From: Mobula hypostoma
Lineage: Eukaryota
Length of the DNA stretch: 64,000 nucleotides
Assembly (NCBI RefSeq): GCF_963921235.1
Contig: NC_086108.1
Coordinates: 68,946,001-69,010,000, forward strand
Direction: 5' to 3'
A program made the translations under genes and the position numbers. The notes under the pieces were generated by a model. That model was not told the DNA's origin. It was given only the letters and a program-made list of their open reading frames with translations, and made no database searches. Each line of letters begins with the position of its first letter. The stretch's first letter is position 1. This document shows positions 27,062 through 40,329 of the stretch, piece after piece.

Positions 27062-27585
27062 CCTCAGACAGTTGGAGAAGTTTGGTATGGACCCCCAAAT
27101 CCTAATTACTTTCTACAGGAGCAAATTGAGAGCATCCTGACTCGCTGCATCACTGCCTGGTATGGGAACCGTACTTCCCTCAATCGCAGCACTCTTGTGG
27201 ACAGCCCACCACATCTGTAGATGTGAACTTCCCACTATTCAAGACACTTACAAAGATAGGTGTGTAAAAAGGGCCTGAGGATCACTGGGTACCCGAGTGA
27301 CCCCAAACACAAACTGTTTCAGCTGCTACTATCCAGGAAATGGTACCGCAACATAAAAGCCAGGACCAACAGGTTCTGGGACAGCTTCTTCCACCAGGCC
27401 ATCAGACTGATTAATTCATGCTGAACATTTGTATTTCTATGTTATATTGACCGTCCTGTTGTACATACTACTTATAAATTACTATAAATTGCACATTGCA
27501 CATTTACACAGAGATGTAACATAAAGATTTTTTACTCCTCATGTATATGAAGGATGCAAGTAATAAAGGCAATTCAATTCAATTA
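27062..27585 (+). mobile_element. Rex1/Babar 3' fragment
   Basis: IESILTRCITAWYGN remnant; aataaa followed by a (caatt)n tail. Confidence 0.8.
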
Positions 27586-27870
27586 GATTCATAGGGACTG
27601 AATTTCTGCAGGGTTTCCCTCACTCACTGACCAGTTTACTGAAAGGCCTATGAAAATCCTGGAAATATAACATAAATTGCAATAGTTTACCTTTTCCAGG
27701 TTTTCCATGGCTCCCTAACAACACAGCAACAAGGAATATGTGCAGAAAAACACAAGAGGAATTTCAACATCTAAGCCCCAATTTTCTAAACTTGCGGACA
27801 GTTAGCAAAATTAGTAGGCAATTATAACAAAACTAATCTATCTGCATCACAGAAAATTTCAATATACAGG

Positions 27871-28434
27871 TGTAACGTGCTGTAAGGTTTCACTGCTAAT
27901 GTAATAGCCTCTCTGTAATGTTTCACTGCTAATGTAATGGTTTCTCTGTAGCAGCAATGTTTGGATTATGACTGGAGTTAGCAGGTCTTGGAATGTTGGG
28001 GGGGGTCGGGGTGGTGAGGAGGGCCATCCAACGAGAGAAATGTCGTTGTTTCTTGTGAGTCTGGAAGAGAGATTTTCAGGGTCGTTTGGTCAGTGAGAGA
28101 AGAAGGAAGGTGTGTGTGCAGAGAGACAGCTGGGAGACCACCAGACGGAGTGGACCGGGAGCGAGGGTCCGAAGGTCATCGATGCTTGGAGGAGGTCGAT
28201 GGTTGATGAATGGCCGTATTTGTGAATTCCAATGTGCACTTTTGACTTTCCTCTTAAAATGGGCCTTTTTTCTTTACTAACCCTATATTCAGATTAAAAT
28301 TTATGAAGTTCAATCAGTTAATTGCATATGTTCTACTGTCTGATATTTTGCAGCGCAGATTTGTAACTGGGCAACACTTCACGCAGCATCCACATGAATG
28401 AGATTTCTCAGTTTGGGTGGGCCTAAGGGTTACA
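27871..28434. mobile_element. Probable solo LTR
   Basis: tgtaac...gttaca termini (TG..CA); 4-bp flanks cagg / caag; internal attaaa. Confidence 0.55.
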
Positions 28435-28608
28435 CAAGTCATATTTATACTGTAACCCTTAGGCCCAAGAAATCTCAGTCATACTTTGTTATTGTATGAC
28501 TGCTTATTCTTCGAGCATCAAATACAGTAAACGAGATCAAGGAGCACCACAAATGGTAAAGATTCAAGGTTCTAATAACAGAAAATAAAAAATTATACAA
28601 CAGTTTAC

Positions 28609-28712
28609 CTTGACTGACTTGTTGCTGGTCCATCTAATCCTGGTTGAGCTATGTCAGGTGTGAGAACATAAAGGCTATTATTCTTAGGTAAGTGCAGAGA
28701 CCTCAGAACAGT
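28609..28712 (-). CDS. FAF1: FAF1 coding exon (equivalent to exon 6), 104 nt
   Basis: ctatAG acceptor and GTaaac donor. Encodes TVLRSLHLPKNNSLYVLTPDIAQPGLDGPATSQS(S), matching FAF1 TVLKSLHLPKNNSLYVLTPD. Phase 2 out fits the next exon. Confidence 0.94.
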
Positions 28713-28859
28713 CTATAGATGGGGAGAAAAACAACAGTGACCAATTTAAGGCAGGTTTTTATAGAACCAGTAAGAAAAACCAATATAACAACAACTTTTA
28801 TCTTCCTATAAAAAAACTTGTATATTTATAAATGTATATTTTCAAATGAACATTAAGGA

Positions 28860-29325
28860 AAGTCACACACGTGATTAATAAGGGCAAGGAAATGGATGTT
28901 GTCAGCATGGATATCAGCAGAACATTGGATAAGTTCCCTCACAGTAAGCTGATCCAAAGGTTACTGTATGTCACGTGGGATCCACAGCGAGCAGTCAAGT
29001 TGGATGCAAAAAGTGATCTGTTCATAGAAGACAGGAAAATGGTGACAGTGGTGTTTTTCTGACTGTAGGTTTATGAACCTCTCATCACCCACAAGGATTA
29101 GTGCTGAGAACTGTTGTTTGTGATATAATAATCTGGATGAAAATGTGGGTGGTCTAATTAGTAAGACTGCAAACAACATAAAAATAGGTGGAGTTGTGGA
29201 TACTGAGGAAGGTTATCAAAGGACAGAGCAGAAAGAACTATCTGTTCATACTTGGATACTATACAGAGATCAGTCAGAAATTTGGGCAGAAAAATGGCAG
29301 ATGGAGAACAAATGTACTGTAATAA
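28860..29325 (+). mobile_element. Old CR1 RT fragment
   Basis: MDVVSMDISRTLDKFPH and EIWAEKWQME. Confidence 0.75.
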
Positions 29326-30055
29326 GAGTTGCTTCCTAATCATAGCAATCTATTAATTAGTCTGCTACAAATCCTGTTCCAATGCTAGGACATACATTGG
29401 AGGAGAAACATTGAAAAAAAAGAGCAAGTCAGCTGCCACTTCAAAAATAATCCAGATCATCAAACACAACAGATCACCAATGTACTAATGAAGAAGCAAA
29501 ACATTGACAAAATATTTTTCAGTAAGATCTTTGAGCTGGATTAATCATCATATCACATATTTTATTAGAAAGATTTGCCATCTTGGACACATTAGCTTTT
29601 CAAACATTCAACTTAAACAATTTCCACATCTACTGAACTTAGCAGACCCCAAAGTTAGGTACGAAGAATGTGCATGAGGAAAGATGTTTATTTCACTCCT
29701 GGTTTAACCAAATGAGTCATTTATGGATGTCTCAATTGATAACCCAATTTGTGTTCATTAAGCACAAGAGAGACTGCACCAGTTTGAAACTTGCAGCAAC
29801 ACACACGAAATGCTGGAGGAACTCAGCAGGTCAGGTGTCATCTACAGAGAGAAATGAACAGTCAATGTTTCAGGGTCAGACAAAGACCCTTCATCAGGAT
29901 TGTTGATTAAGAACTGTTATTACACAGCAAATATAACAAAGTAAAGACAGCACGACCCGCCCAAGTATCTGTTTAAAATTTGGTCCAGCCTTTCAAAGTT
30001 ACCTTGCCTTGAAATTACAACAAGATACACAATGTTGCAATGTTGAACAAAGCAT

Positions 30056-30258
30056 AAACACAAAGGATTCTGCAAATGCTGGAAATCCAGAGTAACACAC
30101 ACACAAAATGTTGCATCTATGGAAAGTAATAAAGAGTTGACGTTTCAGGCCGAGACCTTTCACCAGTTCAGATGAAGGGTCTCAGCCCAAAACAGCGACT
30201 CTTTATTCTTTTCCATTGATGCTGTCTGACCTACTGAGTTCCTCCAGCATGTTGTGCT
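30056..30258. mobile_element. Palindromic mini-element of about 200 bp made of two inverted Penelope pLTR ends
   Basis: gagttgacgtttcaggccgagacctttca...tgaagggtctcagcccaaaacagcgactc fold-back; degenerate 13-bp flanks ttgaacaaagcat / tggaataaagtat. Confidence 0.7.
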
Positions 30259-30289
30259 TGGAATAAAGTATCATTACTGCAGTAATGTG

Positions 30290-31655
30290 GGAAGATATTC
30301 TAGACAGCTCTTCAAAATGAGGCCATATGGGTAGATCTTAGGAACAAAGGGGGGCAAACACTTTGTTAGAGATATACTAAAGGTATGCTAATAGTCAGCA
30401 GCAGACAAAGCAGCAGACAAGTTGACAAATCACAGAGCTAAGGTAGGAAATGTCAACTTACCCAATGTTAACTAGGAACACTTTTAAAAAAATCCACCCC
30501 ATCGACAACTTTCACATTAAACTACCGCAAGGAGAGCTTTTTGAGCAAGGACAAAGCTAGTCCTATGAGAGAAGGGGCAAAGCTAGATTTTATATTAGGT
30601 AAGGTAACTGGCAACAGTAACCATGATTTTGGAAGGTTCTGAATTGGAGGAAGGCGATTTCAACAACAATGGACCTGGCAAGTGTAAGCAGAGCAACTAA
30701 CAGCAAGCAGGTCCACGACTGACAAGTGGAGTTATTCAAGAGTGAGACAAAGAAAGTTGTTCCCAAAAGGGTGAAAGATACCATCAACAAGTCTGTGAAA
30801 TCCCAAAACTCAAGGACTAGATAAAAAGAGACCACGTGGTAAGTATTGTGAACTGAAAACAAGGGAAGGCCTTCAAAATTTACATAATGTGAAAGGGTGG
30901 TGGGAACTTGTATTTTTTTTAAAAAAGCAGAGAACAGGCTCATTAATTTGGAAAATTCCAAGGCATGTTATGAATATATCAAGGACAGAAGATAATTAGG
31001 GGAAAAAAGAGCAGGATGCATCAAGGACAAAAATATCAAACTGGTGGTGATGCAGGGGCACATAGGTGAGGTCTTTATTTAATACTTCTAATACATATTC
31101 ACAGAGAAGAACATTTAATTGGAGAATTCAGGGAAGGGGTAGTTAATTTTTGGAATATATTCGTATTAAATAGGGTTAATAGATGTCTTAGTGTACTTAA
31201 AAGTACTAATTCTCCTGGGCCTAATGCGATGCAAGCCAAGCTACTATGGAAAGCAAGGGATTGCTGGTGCTCTAACAAAGGTTTCTAAATCTTTGCTAGC
31301 CACAGGCAAGATACCTGATGACTGGAGGACAGCAAATATGTTGACTTTATTCAAAAAAACTGCAATAAACGAGGTAATTACAAGACAGTGAGTCCAACAT
31401 TAATGGTAGGAAAGTTGGAAAAAAAGAGGGATAGATTTAATCTGCACTTTGAAAGACAGAAATTAATTAACAATTGTAAGCACTTTCTTAGTCAGAGGAT
31501 GACCAATTTGACAGAATGATTTGAAGTAATAAAATGCATTGGAGAGCAGTACAGTTGATACAGTCTACAAGGACTTTAATAAGACATCTGATATGCTGGG
31601 TTGGTTTAAAAAGTTAAAGTCCTTAGGATTCAAGGCAAGTTGGCCAATTTAATAA
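30290..31655 (+). mobile_element. Old CR1 ORF2 fragment
   Basis: IAGALTKVSKSLLATGKIPDDWRTANMLTLFKK. Confidence 0.75.
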
Positions 31656-31664
31656 AGTGTTATG

Positions 31665-31960
31665 TGGGTAGCACAGCGGCATAGTGGTTTATTTAACATT
31701 TCAATTCCTACTGTTGTCTGTAAGAAGTTTGTATGTTCTCCCTGTGAACACATGGGCTTCTGATGGGTGCTCTAGTTTCCAACTGATTCCAAAGACATAC
31801 AGGTTAGGGCAAGTTAGGAGTATACTGTGTTAGCATCAGAAGCATGGTGACAATTGAGGGAAGCCACAAGCACATCATCAGACTGTGTTGGTCACTGATA
31901 CAAACAACACATTTCACTATATGTTTCAATGTACATGTGACAAATGAAGCAGATCGTTAA
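31665..31960 (+). mobile_element. V-SINE-like element
   Basis: V-domain-like gtttgtatgttctccctgtg...gggtgctctagtttcc...ccaaagacatacaggttagg. Confidence 0.7.
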
Positions 31961-31992
31961 CTTTTTATCTCTTAAAAAGCAGTAAAACTCAC

Positions 31993-32084
31993 ACTGTCAT
32001 TTACATCTGCTGACTTCCAACCTTTTAACTGCATTTGTGGTACAGGAATCTGCAGCTCATTTTCTAAAATTTGCTTGATAGCAC
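31993..32084 (-). CDS. FAF1: FAF1 coding exon (equivalent to exon 5), 92 nt
   Basis: tttgcAG acceptor and GTgagt donor. Encodes (G)AIKQILENELQIPVPQMQLKGWKSADVNDS, matching FAF1 GEIKQILENELQIPVSKMLLKGWKTGDVEDS. Phase 1 in, phase 0 out. Confidence 0.96.
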
Positions 32085-32231
32085 CTGCAAAAATTAAAAA
32101 TGAAAAAAGAATCACATTTGCTGGATCTACAGGAAGTTTCAATTACTGAGAAAAACTAATAATAAATTAAAGGTTTGCCACGAAATATGGTTTAGAATAT
32201 GTTATTTAACAGAGGTAACAATAAAATAAAT

Positions 32232-34760
32232 TGATATAAGACCATAAGATATAGGAGCAGAAGGCAGCCATTCCGTCCACCTAGTCTGCTCCGCCATTCA
32301 ATCATGGGCTGATCCAATTCTTCCAGTCATCCCCACTCCCCTGCTTTCTCCCCATACCCTTTGATGCCCTGGATAATCAAGAACCTATCTATCTCTGTCT
32401 TAAATACACCCAATGACTTGGCCTCCACAGCCTCCCATGGTAACAAATTCCACAGATTTACCACCCTCTGACTAAAGTAATTTCTCCACATCTCTGTTCT
32501 AAAAGGACGTCCTTCAATCCTGAAGTTGTGCCCTCTTGTCCTAGGATCCCCTACCATGGGAAATAACTTTGCCGTATCTAATCTGTTCAGGCCTTTTAAC
32601 ATTCGGAATGTTTCTAAGAGATCCCCCTCATTCTCCTGAACACCAGGGAATACAGCCCAAAAGCTGCCAGACGTTCCTCATAGGGTAACCCTCTAATTCC
32701 TGGAATTGTTCTCGTGAATCTTCTCTGAACCCTCTCCAAAGTCAGTATATCCTTTCTAAAATAAGGAGCGCAAAACTGCACACAATACTCCATGTGGTCT
32801 CACAAGTGCCTTATAGAGCCTCAACATTACATTCCTGCTCTTATATTCTATACCTCTAGAAATGAACACCGACATTGCATTCACCTTCTTCACCACCGAC
32901 TCATCCTGAAGGTTAACCTTTAGGGTATCCTGCACAAAGACTTCCAAGTCCCTTTACATCTCTGCATTTTGAATTCTCTCCCCATCTAAATAATAGTCTG
33001 CTCGTTTATTTCTTCCACCAAAGTGCATGACCATACGCTTTCTAACATTGTATTTCATTTGCCACTTCTTTGCCCATTCCCCTAAACTATCTAAGTTTCT
33101 CTGCATGCTGTTTCCTCAACACTACCCACTCCTCAACCTATCTTTGTATCATCGGCAAAGTTGGTCACAAATCCATTAATCCCATAGTCCAAATCATTGA
33201 CATACATCGTAAAAAGCAGCAGTCCCAACACCGACCGGTAACCCACAGCCAGCCAGAATAGGATCCTTTTATTCCCACTGTCTGTTTTCTGCTGATCAGC
33301 AAATGCTCCACCAATGCTAGTAACTCCCCTGTAATTCCATGAGCTCTTATCTTGCTAAGTAGCCTCATGTGTGGCACCTTATCAAAGGCCTTCTGAAAAT
33401 CCAAGTACACCACATATACTGCATCTTCTTTGTCAACCCCGCTTGTAATTTCCTCAAAAAAAAATTCCAGTAGGTTTATCAGGTAGGATTTTCCTTTCAG
33501 GAAACCATGCTGGATTTGGCCTATCTTGTCATGTACCTCCAACTACTCTGTAATTTCATCCCTAACAATCGATTTCAACAACTTTCCAACCACTGATGTC
33601 AGGCTAACAGGTCTATAGTTTCCTTTCTGCTGCTTCCCACCCTTCTTAAATAGTGGACTAACATCATTAATGCCTCCACAATCTCTTCAGCTACTTCCTT
33701 CAGAACCCGAGGGTGCATTCCATCAGGTCCAGGAGATTTACTACCTTCAGACCATTAAGCTTCCTGAGCACCTTCTCAGTCATAATTTTCAACGCATATA
33801 CTTCACTTCCCTGTCACTCTTTAATGTCTAGTATACTGCAGATGTCTTCCACTGTGAAAACTGATGCAAAATACACATTCAGTTCCTCTGCTGCTCTCAT
33901 TACAATATTTCCAGTGTCATTCCTTATTGGTCCAATATCTACCCTCAACCCTCTTTTACCTTTATATACTTAAAAAAAGCTTTTAGTATCTTCCTTGATA
34001 TTAATCGCCAGCTTCCTTTCATAATTCATCTTTTCCTTCCTAATGACCTTCTTAGTTTCCTTCCACAAGTTTTTAAAAGCATTGCAATCCTCTATCTTCC
34101 CACTAGCTTTGGTGATTGTAATTTCCTTTATTCCACTGAAATACCAACACATTGGATTTTAGTTTCTCCTTCTCAAATTTCAAAGTGAACTCGATCATAT
34201 TGTGATCACTGTTCCCTAAGGGTTCCTTAACCTTAAGTGTCTTATCTCCTCTGGATCATTGCACAACACTCAATCCAGTGCAACCAATCCCCTAGTGGAC
34301 TAAACAACAAGCTGTTCTTAAAAGCCATCCTTATACATTCTACAAATTCTCTCAAGGTGCCGTACTGACCTGGTTTTCCCAATCCACTTTCATGTTAAAA
34401 TCCCCACCGATTATCAAGCCATTGCCCTCCTGACACACCTTTTCTATCTTCAACTGTAATTTGTCATCCACATCCCGGATGCTGTCTGGAGGCTTGTATA
34501 CAACTACCATTAGGGTTCTTTTACCCTTGCCATTTCTTAACTCAACCCATAGGGACTCTACACCTTCCGATCCTATGTCATCCCTTTCTCAAGATTTAAT
34601 ATTATTTCTTATATACAGGGCCTCCTCTGCCTAGTAACTTATCTTTCCAATACACCGTATATCCTTGGACAGCTGGCTCGCAATGGAGCTTTAGCCAAGT
34701 TTCAGAGATGGCCACAACGTCATACTTGCCAATCTGTAGATGAATTTCAAGATCGTCTAT
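32232..34760 (-). mobile_element. CR1 LINE (same family as 1-2297), decayed ORF2
   Basis: QHGFLKGKSYLINLLEFF and VYLDFQKAFDKVPHMRL; tail ctgctcctatatcttatggtcttat on the minus strand. Confidence 0.92.
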
Positions 34761-34849
34761 TATAGATTTTATACATAGACAAAATCCATCTCAGACATTT
34801 GAACATTAAATTAACAACCCACTGCATTTGAAGGAGCACCATGTCTTTT

Positions 34850-37800
34850 CCAATATTTTTATTATTAATTTTACATATAAGAATAAGAAAAAAATATCAA
34901 TACATTATACCAAATCGCATATAATGACCTTATCTTATATTCATACAGATTAATTCGTAACATTGAAATATAATAATTTTATTATATTAAAAAAAATCTA
35001 ACCCACTGCCAAGACCAAAGCTGATTAGTAAAGAAAAATAGGAGAAAAAAATTGTTAGTCATCATCTGTGCTTTAACAGCAAATCAAAGGTTTTAAAAAT
35101 AATTCAAAAAATGTCCCCACAATGTTTGAAAGTCTTGGCTGGATTCAGAGATTGAACATCGAATCTTCTCTAAATTTAAACATGACATCACATCACGTAA
35201 CCATTGAGCATGAACAGGAGGGGCCGCATCTTTCTATTTAAGCAAGACTGTCCTTCTGGCCATAATAGAAATACAAGCCAAAATATGCAAGTCAGATGAC
35301 TCCAAAATAATATCCTTTCCTCCAACAATACCAAATAAAGCGGTCAAAGGATTAGGCTTAAAGTTTACTTTAAAAGTATCGAGAAAGTTTGAAATACTTC
35401 TTTCCAATATTTTCCAAGACTAGGGCATGTCCAAAACATATGAATGAGTGAAGCTTCTCCATTACTACATTTATCACAGTAAGGAGACATAGCTAAATAA
35501 AAACAAGACAACTTATCCTTGGTCATATGGGCCTTTTGGACCACTTTAAATTGTAGGAGAGAGTGGCGGGCACATAAAGATGAAGTATTAACCAATTTAA
35601 AAATTTGATTCCAAGTTTCCTCAGAAATTGAAGTCTGTAAATCTTGTTCCCAAAGATTTTTAATTTTATCTGAAGTAACACTTCTCATTTCCAACAGCAT
35701 ATTATAAATATTAGATATAGATCCATTATAAAAAGGTTTCAAATTAAAAATACATCTAGTAAATTCTTATCAGGACTGCTAGGAAATGTACTTATTTGAG
35801 ACTGTAAAAAATCTCTCATTTGTAGGCATAGAAAAAATGAGTTTTAGGTAAACTATATTTAGTTGACAGTTGTTCAAACGAAAAGAGACTTCCCTCTACA
35901 AACAAGTCCTGAAAGCATTTAATACCTAATCTATCCCATTCTTTAAAAGCCACATCAATCATAGAGGGTTTAAAAAAATAATTAGAAAAAATGGGACTTG
36001 AAAGAGGTAATGGCTAAAGGTTCTAAAGGCCAGATCAAAAAGCAAAGGGCTCAATGGACAGCCTTGTCTAGTGCCACACTGAAGCTTAAAAGGTTTGGAA
36101 TTATGAGAATTAGTGATAACCCTAGCAGAAGTAATTTAATCCACTGAATGAAAAGGGGTCCAAAATTGAATTTTTCTAAAGTTTTAAATAAATAATTCCA
36201 TTTAACGCTGTCAAAAGCTTTCTCAGCATCTAGGGATACCACACATTACCATATAATGTTAGAAGGAGAATAAATAACATTTAATAACCGATGAATATTA
36301 AAGTGAGAATATCGATTTTTGATAAATCCAGTTTGGTTATCAGAAATGGCAGATGGTAAAACACTTTCAATCCTATGTTAGTATCAACATTAAGTAAAGA
36401 AATTGGTCTAAAAGAAGAGCATTCAGTTGGATCCTTATTCTTTTTAAGGATAAGTGAAATAGAAGCCTCAAAAAGATTGAGGGAGTCTGCCTGACTTGAA
36501 TGAATCCAAAAAAACTGAACATAAACGAGGTATAAGCGGTGAGGAAAAGATCTTATAAAACTCTCCAGAAAATCCATCTGGACCCGGAGCTTTCCTCAAA
36601 TGTAATGAGCGCACAGCCTCAACAATTTCCTCAAAAGAAATAGGTTGTTCCAACAACTTTCTGTTGTCGGCAGAAATTGTAGGAATGTTTAGTTAGTCTA
36701 AAAAAATTGTTCATTACAGTGTCATCCTTAGAAGATTTAGAACTGTAGGGTTTAGAATAAAATTCTCTAAGAGTATCATTCATTTCTAAATAATCAGTTG
36801 TCCCATCACCATTAGCTTTGCATATTTCTTTAATCTGCTGTTTAGCTATAAAGGTTTTAATTTGATCAGCCAATAACTCACCTGTTTTATCTCCATGAAT
36901 ATAAAATTGACTTTTATCTTTTAAAATTTTAAAATTGGGTTTCAATTGGATAGGTTAAAAGGAGTTTATATTTAGTTTTAGTTTCAACACGTCTTTTATA
37001 TAAGACAGTTTCTGGAGCCAAGGCATACTCTTGGTCTAATTGTTTCAGCTGATTAGTTAATACACTTCTCTCTTTATTAGCTTTTTTCTTAATACTTGCA
37101 GTATAAGAAATAATTTGTTCTCTAATATACGCCTTAAAGGCCTCCCATCTGATAACACTAGAAGTCGCCTCTAATGTATTCTCTTCAAAAAAGAGTAATT
37201 TGTCTCTCCATAAACTTTAAAAAAATCTTTATCAGATAACAAAGTTAAATTAAATCGCCAAAATCTATTTGTTTGAAGAAGACCAGGGAGATTTAAAGAT
37301 AGCAGCACAGGAGCATGATCTGAGACAGCAATCTCTTTAAATTCACAGAATCGAACTGATGGAATCATTTGGCTATCAATAAAAAAATAATCAATCCTGG
37401 AATATATATGATGGACATGAGAGAAAAACGAACATTCCGTGTCTACTGGATTTAAAAAAAACGCCAAGCATCAACAATAGCACATTTCATTAAAAAAAGA
37501 TTTAATAAACACAGTTGATTTATTTGGTATCATTAGTTTGGAAGATGAACAATCTAAAGCTGAACCTAAGCAACAATTAAAGTCTCCACCCATCACCAAT
37601 GAGTACAGACTTAGATCTGGCAAAAATGAAAAAAAAGCTCAAAAGACACCTGGGTCATCTATACTCGGAGCATACACATTGGCAAATACCATTAGTTTGT
37701 TATTTAGTGTCCTTGATACTATAACAAAATGCCCATTAGTATCAGAAATTACTTTATGTTGAACAAAGGGAATTTTATTATCTATAAGGATCGAAACCCC

Positions 37801-39320
37801 TCTGGCTTTGGCCTGAAACGAGGAATGGAAATGAGATCCCCCCCATCGATTGAAAAGACGTGAATTGTCACACTTACGTACATGGGTTTCTTGAAGAAAA
37901 ACAATTGGTATCTTAAGTTTTTTAATATATGCAAATATTCTTAATTTCTTTTCACAGGGTGATTTAGCCCTTTCACATTAAAACTAAGTAAATTAATACT
38001 TTGATCCATTTTAAAATTATAAGAAAGGTTAAAGTAGCAATCAGAGAAATGTATATTAAACCCAAATAATAAACCTTGAGATATATTAGCTAAGCAACAG
38101 AATTGACTAGATTCCCAAATCAGTTTCAAGAAAAGAAGAACTCCCCATCCTTCTCCCTCCTCCCAAAGAGAGAAAATCAGTCAAAGAACAACTGCTATCT
38201 ACCCCCACTGAAAACATCCCCCTTAGAAAGCCTGTTGGAACCGCTCCAAAGAATTCATGGTTATTTACTATTCCAACCAAGACTAAATAATATGCAGTAA
38301 AAAAAAAAACAAGCTTAGGCAGGTTTATCAAACAGAAAGAGCAATTTATTCATACTGAAAAATATTGAACAGTCATTTTTTTTATTATGTAGTATTTCTG
38401 TTTTTGCAAGATTTTCAATCTATTCTATATATGTATACAGTCATTTTTTTGAGTCTAAAAATTCTTGCGCCTGCTCCTTCATACAAAACCATTTAAATGA
38501 TCCATCTTCCATTGTGATTCTCAGTCGAGCCAGAAAACAAAGAGAAAGTTTAAAATTTTGGCTGTATAGCTCCACCATAACTTTTTTTTAAAAAACTTAA
38601 CACGTTCTCCCATAACTTCTGATGAAAAATCTTCAACAATACGAATCTTCTGCCCTTGGTAGTCAATCATACCTTTTCCACGAACATCACGAATCAGACA
38701 GTCCTTTATTTGAAATTCATGGAAACATATAATGACTGAACTTGGTTTAGATTTTGAAATAGATCCGTAGATAGGCAATCTGTGAGCACGATCAATCAAA
38801 GGCAGAGACTTTATAATATCAGGGAATAATTCCATCAAAAGGTTTGCAAAGAATTCTTTAGAATTATCTCCGTCCGTTTGCTCTTTAAGTCCCAAGATTC
38901 GTAAGTTGTTTCTCCTACTTCTGTTTTCCAAATCAATAATCTTCTGTCTCAGTATTTCGTTGGACTTGGATTGTTTTTCACACAGCTTTTGCAAATCATC
39001 CATTCTCTTGTCCAGTACAGTAATAACCTCTTCATGTTCCTTTATCTTCTTCTTACGCTCGGTTAGGGTTGCTTGAATATCGTCTGATTTCATACCTATT
39101 TGCTTAATTTCAGCGCTGATTTGTTGCAAATCAGTTCTTTTCTGAACTGTTGAAACTCCTCAGTAAGCTTTTGAATTGAGCCCGTAATAGCTTCCAAAGC
39201 TGCTTTCGCAGTCATAGTAATATAATAACCCGTCTAACAATAGTATTTCAAAAGGTTGGAGACAAAAGTAAGTTAGGAGCACCAGCAGAGAGCTGTTACT
39301 CCATCAGCGGCCACCAGGCA
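34850..39320 (-). mobile_element. L1-clade LINE: ORF1 plus ORF2 with an RT-core deletion
   Basis: ORF1 38521-39129 (DLENRSRRNNLRILGL). ORF2 starts MDQSINLLSFNVKGLN at 38009 and contains [30 protein letters not shown] and a C-terminal CxxC-HMFWTC. AATAAA at 34863-34858. Confidence 0.93.
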
Positions 39321-39639
39321 AATCCCCACTATAATGTCAAAAGAACCGCCTTAGGACAGTGAATTCAAGACACAACTACCTCCAGCTGAAAGTAAAAATT
39401 CCAAGGGAAGGACAAGAAGAGCAGAAGTGCAGGATTTTTAAAAAAATTCAGAGGACATGGCTGCAATAGACAATACTGGCATTTACTGACTGTCCTTAAG
39501 AACTGAGAAGTTAACATTGGTGCAGTTAGGCCAGGTTAGGCAAAGATTGTAAATTTTCTTCTCTGAAGGACTGCAGTGAACCAGCTGTATTTTTTCCAGA
39601 TAACAACCCAGTACTTTCACAGTCATCATTAACAAGATC

Positions 39640-39945
39640 ATAAAACAGAAACAGAATCAGGCGATTTTGTCCATCGATTCTGCTCCGCTATTCAATCATG
39701 GCCAATTTATTCTCCCTCTCAAACCCATTCTCCTGCCTTCACCCCATAACCTTTTGACACCCATATTAATCAGGAACCTATGAGCCTCTACTTTCAATAT
39801 ACTCAATAACCTGGCTTCCACAGATTCACCATCCTCTGACAAACGAAAGGGATGTCCTTCTATTCGGAGGCTGAGTCCTCTGGTCCTATACTCTCCCGCT
39901 ATTAGAAACATCTCCAAGTCCATTCTATCCGGGCCTTTTAATAGT
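39640..39945 (-). mobile_element. CR1 3' fragment, followed by a Penelope pLTR fragment (39947-40076)
   Basis: RTRGLSLRIEGHPFR; then ctgcagatgctgaaaatcc...gggccgagacccttc. Confidence 0.7.
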
Positions 39946-40329
39946 CAAGAGAAATTCTGCAGATGCTGAAAATCCAAAGCAACACATACAAAAAAACAGG
40001 AGAAACTCAGCAGGTCAGGCAGCATCCATGGAAATGAACAATAACAGCTGATGTTTTGGGCCGAGACCCTTCTTCATTTAAGCCAACAGCATGAGAATTA
40101 GTTAAACATAACCTAATTTAATCTCCTGAATTTCAAAAAGAGTGGAAACTAAAATAACCAATAAATAATTAAAATATACCGATCAATTATGTCTCAGATA
40201 TATCCCGAGATGAAATTCTGGAGAAAAAAAAAATTCTAACAATACAATGGGTCACTCATAGAAATAGAGAAAGCTTCTTAACATTCCAAAGACAAATCAT
40301 AAAATCTGATAAACCAAAGGGCGGTCAAG

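Noticed and set aside
30590..30961. 123-aa hydrophobic minus-strand ORF
   Set aside because: Antisense shadow of an A-rich CR1 remnant.
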